From: Takakia lepidozioides
Lineage: Eukaryota > Plantae > Bryophyta
Length of the DNA stretch: 64,000 bases
Direction of reading: 5' to 3'
NCBI GenBank assembly: GCA_030704615.1
Contig: CM060731.1
Span: forward strand, 69,564,001-69,628,000
The position numbers and the translations under genes are program-made. The notes beneath the pieces are model-generated. The model searched no databases, had not been told where the DNA came from, and worked only from the letters and a program-made list of their open reading frames with translations. This document shows, one piece after another, positions 51,587 through 64,000 of the stretch; within the stretch, counting starts at the first letter, position 1; every line of letters starts with the position of its first letter.

Positions 51587-53190
51587 CCTGTGTAATTCCA
51601 TAAGGTGGTTTGGGTATGGCCCCCTTTTCCATTGCCCTCCGAATGATCTGTCTGGCATGGTACCTCCTGTCCTTCAAGTTTCGCCCCACCATCTCCATCA
51701 CCCTTGTGTCACTCCAATTGCCCGGAAACCGGCAGTCTAACTCACGGGCATACGCCCGCTTCACGCCAAAGTGCTGATCAGCCCACTCGATGTGCAAAGG
51801 GAACCACCTCAATGCGAGTTCGAAGGCTGGCTTCTTCATAGCCTCCCAGAACGCACCGCAGGGGTCACCATGGCAATTCACCTCCACCGGTGGCACCACG
51901 ATCTTTGCCAACTCCACGTCCTGTATCGCCAAGGCCATCCCACCCTCTCCCTTCTTTGTAGCCTCCTTCCCCTGCTCCCTTTATTACCCCACTGCCCTCC
52001 CCCGCATGCACACTCACCCCTTCCTCTCCATGGGACTTCTTCTTCTTCTTCTTCTTTCCTTCCCCTTCTCACGACCAACCTTCCCCTTCCCGCTACTTCT
52101 CTCTCTCCTTCTCCCTCTCCCTTCTCTCTCTCTCCTCGCAGCCCCTTTTCTTGGTAAAAGGGATCTTGGGAGATCGAGGCCTCTTCTTCTTACCTTTGGT
52201 GTTCGGGTCCTTCATGAACGTGCTCTCCCTCATTGGCAACCCCACTGGACTGCACCAATGAGGCTAGCCATGTTGCTGCCTCCTGAAGACAAATAAACCC
52301 TCCAAATTCAAAAAAAGAAACAAACAACAAAGAAAATCATGCATGCAAAGGAAAGGATAAATCATGGAACAAGGTGCGACAGTTGTACTTTGCAAGCTTG
52401 TCCGACTCACCCTGGTGTCACCGATGTGGAGGAGTCCCGTTTCCGGATGTGCCCGCTCTATCCCCTCCCGGAGCGCCACTGGAAGTAGATTCCAGATGTG
52501 GAGCATAGCCGCGGCGGCGCCCCGTAGTCCAAGCCCTTCTTTGTTGACCGCTCAGGCTCAGGGGGCGGTGTCGCTGATCGGCTAGGCTGCTCCGAACCGG
52601 CCCATACCTCCTCCTCCCCCCCTCCCCCCCCCCCCCCCCCCCCCCAAATGCGTATCAAGGTAGAAGCCCTCACCGGCTTGACTTCTTCGAGGCGCTTCGC
52701 TATCTTGGCCACTTCATTGGCCCTCCTCGTCTCCTCCTCCCTCATCGACAACAATGGGTTGGCAATGGAGGCTTTCAAAGGCCCTTGAACTTGACGTTGG
52801 GCCTTGACAAGTGCAGCCTTTGCTGCGGAGGAAGGGGTCGCTATGGGGGTGACATCCAAAAGGTGCCCATACCGGGGCCCCGAACGGGTGATGTGCTTGC
52901 CAAGGTACATTTCACCCGTCTTGGTGGCCGGGGGTGTGCTCAACTGAGCATCCAGCTCAGCAACAACCTCCCGAATAGGAGAGCTGGCTGAGCCGGCCCC
53001 TGGCGCATCCAAGATGTGGACAAGAGGGGGGATACTGGCCTCGGGGGGCAGACGAACCCTCCGGCTGCGGCTATCGACGGGCTGGTTAGCCGTGAGACGC
53101 CCTGGCGCGTCACACGTGCCGGCAGAGCAAACGGATTGTCCGCCCCTTTCTTTGGGGCAGGGGACTTCTTCTTTTCCCCATAAGCTGGCA
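51587..53190 (-). mobile_element. Probable CACTA/En-Spm TnpA-like (Ptta-type) gene fragment with introns
   Basis: VEVNCHGDPCG..W..HIEWADQ..RF..VGRNLKDRRYHAR..PKPPYGIT resembles TnpA-type proteins and is preceded by low-complexity charged exons. The match is by recall only. Confidence 0.5.
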
Positions 53191-53296
53191 CCTGTCATGC
53201 AAACCCACAAATTGGCCTCATTAGGAACATTCCAGATCAAAAACAAAAAAAAAACCAAGCATGTCGGGGCTGAGAGCAGCAAGTGCTCGGGGTCTC

Positions 53297-53430
53297 AAGA
53301 GGGGGCAACAAAGAGAAGAGAAAAAGGTGGGGGGGGGGGGGGAGTGACTGAGCACCACCAGCAGCTGCTGAGCACCATGGGCTCAGTCACTCCCCCCCCC
53401 CCCCCCCCATTTTTTTTTTGGTTTCCTGAT
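53297..53430. repeat. Short fold-back element (G-run-AGTGACTG...CAGTCACT-C-run)
   Basis: Perfect inverted arms GGGGGAGTGACTGAGC/GCTCAGTCACTCCCCC. A related copy lies at 57252-57360 and a half copy at ~56455-56507. Confidence 0.8.
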
Positions 53431-53466
53431 CTCTCCCCTCTCTCTCTCTCTCTCTCTCTCTCCTCT

Positions 53467-53502
<36 letters not shown>

Positions 53503-53573
53503 CTCCCTCTCTTTTTTGCTGTTCACAAAAGTAAACAAACCACAAGGGAGAGAGGGTGCAGAAAAAGTTAAAA

Positions 53574-54272
53574 GATTGTACTCATAAGACGTTGTTTGTC
53601 GTAGCCTTGTGGCCATTGACCCCGCGCCCACTTTGAGCGGAAACAAAAGGGACAGAACCTGCCTCTGTCAGGGACTAACGTTGGTAGTAAGACTTACCTT
53701 CATATATAGAATTAATCTGGGTTTTCCATATATCCTCTAGAAATCCCTTCACACAAGCATCAAACTGTTGTGTGTGATTTGCCCAATAACTAGGCCTCAG
53801 GAGGGCCTTGAGACTTTCAAAGTTGGTAAACAGAGGTACAGGCACAATTCCCTTGATAGATTTGAAGAGAGCGTCTCTTTGGTGAGAGAACCCCGGACAG
53901 TGTATCAGAAAATGAGTATTGTCTTCAGATTGCCCACACAACGGGAAATTGCACCCTCCCTTTCCTCTCTGCTTCTGTTTGATGTTCAAAGGTAGGCTTC
54001 CTGCCCTGAGTTTAAATTTCAGTCTAGTGCCGAGAGTGGGTAGACCCTTGAGGTCATCCAAGATGTCCTCCCCCATGTCACTAACTGGAAACAAGTTCAG
54101 GGAAGTTTTTTGCCTAACTTCATTTTCATCAGACAATCTCATGGCAACAGGCATGGCTTTGGACACTACAGCCTCTAAGTCAGATTTATCAACCCATATT
54201 GCAGATCCGTACTCCAAAGCAGGTCTAATAATGTGACAAAGCATGGTTTCTTAACCTCGGAGTTGACCCCTC
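53574..54272 (-). mobile_element. 5'-truncated, internally deleted LINE copy with 17-bp target-site duplication
   Basis: TGCAGAAAAAGTTAAAA at 53557-53573 and 54273-54289; the body matches ~11213-11820 joined to ~12140-12226. Confidence 0.9.
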
Positions 54273-55789
54273 TGCAGAAAAAGTTAAAAAAGAGAGGGAA
54301 GATATTCATGTCATGTCAAGACATGGACAAGACCAACTAGGGTCATTTTGTCAATTAAAGACATAAACAGCCCATGACAGGGCACCATCTAACATTTCCA
54401 GTCTTGTCATAACACACCAAGTGACGCCACCCATTCAGTCATGATAAAACAGGGGGAGGGCGGGGTATGTCCATAATCAGATTCCTGTCACGTACCCAAG
54501 TGACCCTCTTGCACAATATAAGTCAGATTGCACCCTCAGATTATATCATCCATAGTTATCCATAAGATATGCACCATGCAAGATATCATGGGCATATAAG
54601 AACTTCTTGCCACATTACAGATCAAGATATGTATACACAAGTACCTTGAGGTGATCCAAGACAAGCATTATGCAAGGTAGATAAGAACAGTCTGCCCAAC
54701 ACATTCAGTGAGTGTTCACACCGGCAACAGGAAGGACCAGCCTGCAATTAATTACACTTCTGGCCTGCCACCAAGTACACTTCTTGGGCATGGTAAGCCA
54801 TATTGTCGCTTCACATTTGGCCAAATGTAAGCACCCCAAAGCATGCATCGTGCAAGGCCTTCTGGGCATGTAAGAACAGTCTGTCATTGTATATATTCAG
54901 GACCTGTGCACATAGGACTCTTGCTGGCCCAGCCTGCAGTAAATCAGACTTCAAACATGCAACCAAGTGATCACTTTGGGCATGACAAGACTGACTGCGA
55001 CTTCATTCTACATCATGTACACTTGCCCCAAGATATACATCATGTAAGGCGTTTTGGCATGGAAGAAAGGCCTGCCCTGTCACAACATCCAGATCTGGAC
55101 ACACATACACTTTGAGTGCCCAAGACCAAGCCCACTTGGCCAAGATAAATCATACAATGCAGGTGGCTGTTCATATGGCAAAATAAAGTAAATAATCAGG
55201 CAGCAACAGTATGTTCCTTTTGCACACGTCCTTATCTGCAAGCTCAAGAGAATTCAAAGTAGGTAGGGATCCTCACCTGGTCCCATCACAAGCCCCCACA
55301 AAAACCAATGGGTTAGTGAGGATTGTGGAACCCCAGGTGAATCACAGACCCCTACACTTGTTATCGATGTCAACTAAGAACCCCAAAAACAAGAGAGAAA
55401 GATATGAAGTAAAAGGAACCCTAATCGCCAAAAGCACCTTGAGCGATTGGGGAAGGTAACATTGCACCATCGCCACCAAACACGCCAACAAGCTAAGGAG
55501 AAGCGAAGCATGCAAATGCTAGGTCTAAGAAGGGATAGGGAGCGATATACTTCCCCACCAGAGCGCCGCTGCGAAACATAAAAGCCAGAGGAGGGAGAGG
55601 GACGATGCCATCACAGCGGGTTCTCCCGCCTGTGAGAAGAGACAAGACGCCGCCATTGCGCATCCCCAGGAGCTCGTCCGGCATGAAGCAGCAGACAGGG
55701 TAGCAATAGAGCTCAGACGCCATAACTCGTGAGCTCAGCAGCACGAGGTATGCAGCTGACAGCGGGAGAGACACCCTAGGGAAGACCCC

Positions 55790-56410
55790 AATTTTTCATC
55801 CGGGGAATGAATAATCAATACCCTTTCTCTTAAAAACCCGACGGATGTCATCCGTTAGCTAGGTTTAAACAGTAGATTATAGGGTAGGAGTTAGGGTTTC
55901 ACTCCTTAATTAGCAATAATTAAGGGTAATTAAAAAAATCTCCATGGCCATCATAAGCTGTTTTTTTCATCCAGTCCAGATGAAAAAAATAAATAGGTTC
56001 ATTTATTTGGATGAGGTCCATCAACAGGATGAAAAAGTAATATACATCATCCAGGGCAGCGGTTTTTCATCCTAACAGGTAATTCGTCATCCCTTAAGAG
56101 AAAGCCTCATCCAGTACTGAAAAAAAGCATAAAGGGGGAATAAAACGAATTCAAATCCTGGTATTTTTCATCCGGCATGGATGGAAAAATTATAGATAGG
56201 ATGCCAGTGTCATAACCCTATGAGGTAATTCCTCATTCTCTGGTGACTCATCTGATATAGATGAAAGTCAATAAAAGAGGAATGAAAAATTATAGGTCCT
56301 TTTTAAAAGTACTTTAGTGTCTACCCAGGTGATTCTTCCGGTATGGATAGAAAACCTTTACAAGTCGGGTGAAAACACCTTTTAGAATCCATCTGGTATA
56401 GATGGAAGAT
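55790..56410. repeat. Array of TTTTCATCC/GGATGAAAA inverted motifs, probable DNA-transposon subterminal region
   Basis: More than ten CATCC/GGATG motifs in AT-rich DNA, several paired as hairpins (e.g. TTTTTTTCATC-cagtcca-GATGAAAAAAA). Confidence 0.55.
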
Positions 56411-56507
56411 CATGAAGAGAACACTGATGCAACCGGCCAGTTCCGAGGAGGGAGACAGAGGGAGAGAGGGGCAACAATGAAAAAAAATGGGTTGGGGGGG
56501 GGGGGGA

Positions 56508-58150
56508 AGGTTAGATGGTGGGGTCAGCTGCAGCATATGTCCAACACCAGATATCTTAAGTTAATCGACTCTATATCTTGGAAACAAGACCGCCCACCGA
56601 CCTGTCAAACAGGCTAAGTCCTGGCAGAAGACAGTAGAAGAGATTCTCAAGGACCTGGACCTGGAACCGCAAGTCTTCACCCTGCTGGATAAATCCGACA
56701 CTTAGAGGCTGTAGTGTCCAACCATGTCTGTTGCCATGAGATTGTCTGATGAAAATGAAGTTAAAAAACTTCCCTGAACTTGTTTCCAGTCAGTGTCATG
56801 GGTGGGACATCTTGGATGACCTCAGGGTCTACCCACTCTCGGCACTAGACTGAAATTTAAACTCAGGGCAGGAAGCCTACTTTTGAACAGCAAACAGAAG
56901 CAGAGAAGAAAGGGAGAGTGCAATTTGCCGTTGTGTGGGCAATCTGAAGACAGTACTCATTTTCTGATACACTGTCTTGGGTTCTCTCACCAAAGAGACG
57001 CTCTCTTCAAATCTATCAATGGAATTGTGCATGTACCTCTGTTTACTAACTTTGAAAAAGTCGAGGCTGAGCCAAAACCCAGCCCCTTCTGAGGCCTAGT
57101 TATTGGCATCTCACACACAGCAGATTGATGCTTGTGTGAAGGGATTTGTAGAGGATATCTGGAAAAACCCGGATTAATTCTATATGTGAAGGTAAGTCTT
57201 TACTACAACATCAGCCCCTGACAGAGGTAGGATCTGTCCCTTTTGTTTCCCCAAGAGGGGCAACAAAGAAAAACAAAGAATGTGGGGAGGGAGTGACTGA
57301 GCAGCAGCAGCTGCCAGTCACTCCCCCCCCACCTTTTTCTTTTCTTTGTTGCCCCCTGATGTCTCCCTCTCACTCCCTCTCTCCCTCTCCCCTCTCTTCT
57401 GTGCTGCTCTCTTTTAAGCTCCCGACGAGATAAATTCAAGGTCAGATGGTGGGTTCAGCTGCAACATATGTCCAACACCAGATTTCTTAAGTTAATCGAC
57501 TCTATATCTTGGAAACAGGACCACCCACCGACCTGTCAAACAGGCTAAGTCCTGGTAGAAGACAATAGAAGAGATTCTCAAGGACCTGGACCTGGAACCG
57601 CAAGTCTTCACCCTACTGGATAGATATGACTTAGAGGCTGTAGTGTCCAACCATGTCTATGGGCAACCTGAAGACATTATTCATTTTCTGATACATTGTC
57701 CGGGGTTCTCTCACCAAAGAGACGCTCTCTTCAAATCTATCAAGGGAATTGTGCATGTACCTCTGTTTACTAACTTTGAAAAAGTCGAGGTTGAGCCAAA
57801 AGCCCAGCCCCTTCGTCCTGTCAAACAAGGTGAGCCCTGGGAGAAGAGAGTAAAAGAGATTCTCAAGGATCTGAATCTGGACCCGCAAGTCTTGACCTTG
57901 CTAGATAAACCTGACTTAGAGTGTGTAGTGTCCAAAGCCATGTCTGTTACCAGAAAATTGTCCGATGAAAATGAAGTTAGGAAGAAAACTTCCCTGAACC
58001 TGTTTCCAGTCTGTGACATGGGGGAGGACATCATGGATGCGCTCAAGGGTCTATCCCACTCTTGGCACCAGACCTAAATTTAAAGTCAGGGCAGGAAGAC
58101 TACCTTTGAACAGTAAACAGAAGCAGAGAGGAAAAGGAGAGTGCAATTTC
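56508..58150 (+). mobile_element. Tandem, scrambled 3' fragments of the LINE family on the plus strand
   Basis: Pieces at 56508-57250, 57413-57660, 57660-57812 and 57815-58150 each match parts of the reverse complement of 11255-12020. Confidence 0.9.
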
Positions 58151-58599
58151 CCTGACGTACCTCTGCTGGTGCTGGTGCTTGAAGCGAGCGAGCTGCGCCG
58201 GCGAGCTTGCGGTGCTGTCACGGCTGCAGCGGCGCGGGTCCCCGCCGCTGCAGGGCGTCTCCCCCGCTCACCACGGCTCTCTCTCTCTTAGCTCGTTAGG
58301 TCGCGCTCTGCGCTACGTTCCTACCACACATTGGAGAGAGACATCAGCCCGTGCTTAGGGCAAGAAAGAAAGACAGAAAGTGATAGAGGAGGCGGTGCTT
58401 ACCTTGGGCATTGGAGCGGCGTTGGGGCAAACTCCTTGGGGCCTTGCGACCACCTCGGGCTCAGCAGCAGGTGCGTTTCTCCTCCACCTTAAACCCCTCC
58501 TAAACCCCACTCTCTGAATTACCTCTCTCCCAAAGAACAAACAAAAACGGGAGGGGAAAGAGATGCTTGAAGCACTTAGGGGAAAAAAAAAAGCACGGC

Positions 58600-58830
58600 C
58601 CCACGTGCGACGCCCAGCCGTCGCACGCCTGCGCCCGCCTTTTTTGAAATGTAAAAATGAAGATTGCGACGGCTGGTCGTCGTTTCTTGCGACCCCCGGC
58701 CCGATAAATAAAAAACACGTCGCCCCCAGCGACGGTTGTCCGTCGCGGGGTGCGACCCCCAGGTTAAAAAAACTCGTCGTCCAATGCGACGCTAGGGTGT
58801 CACAGGCGGCGACGGCCGGCCTTTCTGGAT
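58600..58830. repeat. GCGACG/CGTCGC inverted-motif array resembling a CACTA subterminal region
   Basis: About ten motifs, largely in hairpin pairs, ending ..GGCCTTTCTGG. The terminal TAGTG is not present. Confidence 0.6.
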
Positions 58831-59238
58831 TTAGGGTTTAGGGCCTTTTGGGTTTCTTAGTTTTTATTTATTTTATTTATTTTTTCATATGGTACTGGGT
58901 TAGGGTGTTTGTTTTCTTTATGGTGCTGGGTTTTGGATTGGCGGTTTTGGTTGTGGGTCTTGGGGTTAAAAGGATAAACGGTGTAATTATGATTCACATA
59001 CCCAAAATGTCGTTCAATCTGATAATCGCAAAGCGCTGGGTCTCAACAAATTTTTCCATAGTGTGAGCATCCTGAAGATAGAACGAGAGGAAGGATTTAT
59101 TGTCTTGGGCTCTAGCACCATAGGGATGCTCCGCCTTTGGTTACCAATTTTGAAAGCCCCGAGGTTGAGGCATAAGTTTTTTTTGCCAACGGTTTTTGAG
59201 AAATGAAAGTGTTGGTGGTGTGTGTTAATTAGGATGGG

Positions 59239-60538
59239 ATGGTGAGGAAACATCGACCCGTCTCCCTCGAGGATGGGGAGCTAGTACCACATATCGATTG
59301 TGGCCCTAGAGCGACCATTTTTTGTGGCGAGGAGGCACCCATTGCACCTTATCCAATACAGGCTGTCGGGCACAATCGTAGAAGAGACTGGGGCCAAATT
59401 TCAGGTGATACGGAGGATGTTGACACTCCGGGATCGAACGCGCCGCGGTTGCCCCCTCGCGGGCCACCCCGTCCAACCACGTCCACCTTTGACCCCCCCC
59501 CCCCGACAGGATTGAGTGTTGGTGAGTGTTGAGAACGGATACCGCCAGGCGGCACCAGACCACCGAGGCGGCGACCGCATGTTGTTGAAAAACATTACAA
59601 GAAGAACAAGATTGTGGATGCGGCAAAGGTGAGTGTTTTTCCCACCCTTCTCATTAACATTCATTTAAGATACATTTAGATTTATCTAATAATATAGTAT
59701 GATTGGTAAGCATACATGAATCAAAATTACGACATAAGTATTGACCACTACGCACATTGCAGCCACGACTTGATGCCCCCCGAACCCCTAGGAGGGGTCG
59801 GCTTCGCCCTAGGTTTCCTCCCCTTCGGCTTGGGCGACCTGAGCCGGATCCTCGCCCCCGATGGGAAGCGTATAGGACTATGTTATTGAGGACCGTCCAG
59901 CCTCGTTGTTGGGGGAATCATCTCGACCCTCCCACCCCCATCCGAGAAAATGTGGAGTTCGAGTATTGGGGGAGACGGTATGTTGTGAGAGCCGCTACAG
60001 ACCCTGCTATGGGTCGGGGTTTATTCATGGTCAATGATATTGTGGTTCCTCCTCGGAGAAACAGCATGGTGGACTTGTTTCCCTACTACAGTCCATACTA
60101 CACTTCCGCGGAGTTCCGTACATTACGCCCGAAGCCCCATACATCCTACCCTACATTTTGTGTGTCAACGGACAGGATGTACGTAGATGGGGGTTGTCTC
60201 CCATTGAGATCAGATTTTGTGATGGTGACCCCGACATCTTTGGCAATATTGCTGGGCTGGTCAATAGTTCTTTTGGTCATCCTAGGAGAACCAATGTCGT
60301 ATGGGACGAGCGAAGCGATGGGCATGAGAGTTTTTGTGGTCATACGTCAATACACTGTGAGGGGATGCACATGTTTGTGATGACATGTGCTAGTAGGACT
60401 ATTAGGGCTGGCAGCGAACTATTTGCATCATACGAGTTCTCCCGGGATGATTGGGACCTCCGATTACAGCGTGAGTGGGATGTGTATGATAGAAATAGGG
60501 TTCCTTTGAGACAGGGATCGCGTAGAGGGGCATTGTAG
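59239..60538 (+). pseudogene. Two-exon SET-domain gene (59239-59628 and 59763-60538, ~388 codons) with one premature stop and one frameshift
   Basis: Phase-0 GT-AG intron and a Pro/Arg-rich N-terminus. SET motifs: MGRGLF, DGDPDIFGNIAGLVNSS...TNVVW, ASRTIRAGSELFASY. TGA at 59530 and a 1-nt frame break at ~60127. Confidence 0.75.
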
Positions 60539-61507
60539 ATATTCTCATGATGTACTTTGTATACATCCGATTAATCGATTGATGTAAAAAAAATTTATTG
60601 TTGCTCGTGTGGGTTGCAACTTTGCATATGTGATCTAAACATACTTATGCACATGTGGACCAAATATGAGCTTGAACCAAGTTGATTCAATGGGTCATTC
60701 TAGTGTTGAACGCAACTACGTGTCATAGAGACGGAAAATTGTGTTTCGTCTGCAGATGATTTTTTTTTTAATTCCATTTTCAAGCCATATGCTTAATGAT
60801 AGCATATGCAATGTGCGTGCAAAATTTGGGAGTAAACAAAAGTCATTTGGACCCATAATCAGATTTTGTTCTTTCATTTGTACTCTAGTTGAGTTATCTT
60901 CAACTTCATGCACTCTTCATAGAGAGTTATGCAAAAAGTGACCCTAGAAACACACTTATTTTTTTTCCATTTTTTTTTGTCCCATTTTTTGCATGGATGT
61001 AGTGGTGCAAAGCCTGATGTCACAGAACAAAATAGAGCTAAAAATAAAATCATTACGCCCCTCAAAACCGCAATCATATATTTTTTCTAAATGCAAATAT
61101 TTATTTTAAATTCGATTTAATTCAAAATTGGTGCAAGGGTGAGTGCGTCGTTGGGGAGGGTTTTTTTTTTTTCCTCCTGGATCTTTGTACAGGTGTTGCA
61201 CACATATTTAAGCACATGTAGGAAAATGAAGCTTGAGCCACATCCGTTTGTTGGGTGCAATGGATGGAGGATTTTCTTTCACATTAATAAACAAAAATTG
61301 GTTGATAGGGTGAATGCGTCATTGGGGGGGCAAATGATTTTGTTTTGGTTTGAAACTTTGCATGCGTGTACGTTGCGCACATACATGTAATTATTGAATG
61401 ACATATTGATGCACACACACATTGAAGGTTGTTGTTTGCATTTCGCTTATAATGAAGTGTATGGTTGCAATGACACATTATAATATATGTCCCTATGTTC
61501 ATTTGTT

Positions 61508-64000
61508 CGTACTAGGACTTTGTCCATCCCTTCCCGGTCTTTTCTCTTGGCACCCCATCCGAAAACAACCCAAGTACATCAAGCGGGAGCCCGTGGGCGA
61601 GACGCCGTCCCCACAGTAACGGACGATGATGACGATGACAGTGACACTGACACTGACACTGACAACACCGATGAGCATGGAATTAACCAGGAGGATGTCG
61701 CAAGCCATGGAGGATCTCTTAATGCATCATATGTGGGCGCTGATGCATTCCCATGAAGAGGGAACCCGGCAATCGATGATCCTGAAATGGCCCCCTCAAA
61801 TGACATGGAGAGGGAGGCGAGAACTCCCTTGTACGAAGGGCAAAAGTGAGTCGACTTTCAACAATCTTACTTTGCTCAATCTTCAAATTCGATTTGGCAT
61901 AAGTAATGTTGGGATGTCTGCCATAATGCGAACTATTGCAGGACTATATCATTGCTCACACTTGAAACCCAAGATGCCACGGGTCGCGGAAAGAGGCGCG
62001 CGAAGTCTTGGACTCTGTGGGGATGGGCTATAAGATTTTTCATGCATGTCCATGTTGATAAAAACCCTATACTACGGAGATGATTCGCATCTCACCAAGT
62101 GCCCAAAGTGCAAGAAAGACCGATATCGGGATGATGTCCAAGGGAAAAAAGTACCACGCAAGGTATAAGCGCCATTCCCCCTCGCATGGAGATTATTAGA
62201 GAGTAGTGTACTCATGCAAGATCTGATTGTGGTTTTGGAAGGAGTGAGTGAGGAGTGGAAGGAGCGACGTTTGGTTTTGACCATTCACACCCAAATGAGG
62301 GAGAGGCTGCATAAAGGGAAAGACATAAGGGTGTTGTATTATGTGTGCTAATGGGATGATTACATGTGGGGGGCGTGGGGTATTTCATCCTAGAAATGCA
62401 TTACTTTCGATCATCCCGCGATTGAGGGCACAGTACCGAAGCCCCGATTGGCCAGACTCATGAGATGCACGCCTCGCATCGGAGCCCCCGGGAAAGGTGT
62501 GCGGGCCACAAGATTCACAAGCATGGAGGCATATTGAGAGATGTGGTTTTCTCTTGGAGGACCCACGACATGTCCACCTCGGCTTCTCCTCGGATGGGGT
62601 CAACCCATTCTCTGTCCAGTCATGTAGTCATTCCACTTGGCCGTGACCATGGTGAATTACAACATCCCTCCGTATCTTTCAATTAAAAAAGGCCATATCA
62701 TGTTGGCTGCCATTGTGCCAGGTGAGTGTACTCATTTCATGTTTATTATTGCCTTCAACTTTACATTAAACTTTTGATCTTTGACGCAATTCGGATGCAA
62801 GATTGATGAGTGACATAATCATGGAGTAAGACGTGTAATTCATTTTGTAGTATAATCTGCATATTGGTGGAGCATTGAAACAATGATGTGAATGTCTCAA
62901 AGGGAAAAAAACAAGTGGCAAACATGGACACGTACTTGCGACCACTTGTTGATGAACTTAAAGAGCTATGGAGGGGGGTCCTTATTGGATGCTTCACTTG
63001 ACCCTATGGCCGGACAATCTTTTCAGATGAGAGGCATCTTGCTTTGGACAATGCATGATTATCCAGGTATATTATGTTCCCCATGAACAACCCGCGTACA
63101 TTCACTTGTCAATGCCGGATGAGGATGAGGATTGGGATTGATTGAAGTAGCGGCGACAGTCTTGTGCACCGTAGTGGGGTAGATGACATTATGGGCCATG
63201 CACATGACAACTTTTTGTTTTTGCTAATGTGGCGGGATGTGTAGTACAAGACTAACTGTTTGCTCGGGCTAAGCACCAAAGGGTACCATGCATGCTTGCA
63301 TTGTGGCGATGATCTTGATGCACATAGCTCCCGCCATCTTCACAAGATGGTGTATCCCAACTACCGCAATTTTCTTCCTATGAGCCATCGATGGAGAAGA
63401 AGAGAGAAACACTTGTTTGATGCAAAGAGGAAGTACGTCCCCCCCCTATGACACCGTCCGGGCAGTTTTGGAGGACCGATGGAAGGAGGCCCATGCGGGC
63501 ACGGACGGTGAAGTGGACGTGCCCGGCATGAAACGACTTTCAAATCTCTACGAGTTGCCATATTGGGCGGTACATATTCCGCAAAAATCCGTCAATATCC
63601 CTATGCATGCATGTGATATTGCACATTTGGTATGCGTTGCATTGTCACTTTCACGTAAATTTTTTTGTATAAGTCTTTGTGGGTGGGGATATATGATTTG
63701 CCATCTTCTAGATCCCATGCATATTGAGAAGAATGTCTGCTCGTCTTTTTTTTGGGTTCTTCATGGCACGCCGGCAAAGAAGGGAGTGGCTGCAAAAGGA
63801 ATTCTCTCGGTGTTAGAAAGAGCTTGAGGAGCAGGGTTGCATGTGCCATCTATGGGCCAACAAAATGGTGTGGACCCAAAGGGTGTTGTACTGGAAGTAT
63901 AGGCGCGCACCTTGGCAATGGACAAAGGAGGATACAAGAAAGTGATAGCCACCATAAGTGCTGTCCGAACACCAACTGGTTATGGGTCATCCCTCCGTAC
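61508..64000 (+). mobile_element. Degenerate multi-exon CACTA/En-Spm TnpD-type (Transposase_21) transposase running off the window
   Basis: YKIFHACP..TKCPKCKKDRY..KKVPRK; DPRHVHLGFSSDGVNPFS; IMLAAIVPG; MDTYLRPLVDELKELW; RGILLWTMHDYPG; GLSTKGYHAC..C; LYELPYW; HLLDPMHIEKNVC; RTPTGYGSSL. Confidence 0.92.

Noticed and set aside
58830-58860. Interstitial telomere
   Set aside because: Only two TTTAGGG units; such telo-box-like motifs are common in plant promoters and transposons.

Overview
This is eukaryotic land-plant nuclear DNA with GT-AG introns, telo-box promoters and PLS-DYW PPR genes. A non-seed-plant origin is my inference. The window is transposon-dense and full of decayed or fragmented genes. 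Host genes: a full-length but frameshifted PRP38, a 5'-truncated DHX37/Dhr1-like helicase, intron-containing ValRS and SAHH fragments, a broken GNA-type lectin, an apparently intact COX14-like gene, a PLS-E-DYW PPR editing factor with three PPR relics, and a divergent calmodulin-like gene. Mobile DNA: one RT-LINE family in about seven pieces, zf-RVT LINE tails, a tRNA-derived SINE, a Ty3/gypsy LTR+gag, a MULE-SWIM transposase, a PIF/Harbinger pair (intact Myb/SANT ORF plus truncated DDE nuclease) and CACTA TnpD/TnpA-like genes. The most unusual items are: (1) a stand-alone SET-domain gene directly upstream of a CACTA transposase; (2) an array of nine mostly alternating-orientation 20-bp hairpins fused to the ValRS fragment; (3) a ~8.9-kb nested element with hAT-like ends containing Harbinger genes and a SAHH piece; (4) near-identical ~1.36-kb direct repeats, each carrying a PRP38 exon, that bracket a 14.5-kb gene block. 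All family assignments come from motif recognition by eye; no searches were run. Some 1-bp frameshifts could be assembly errors.
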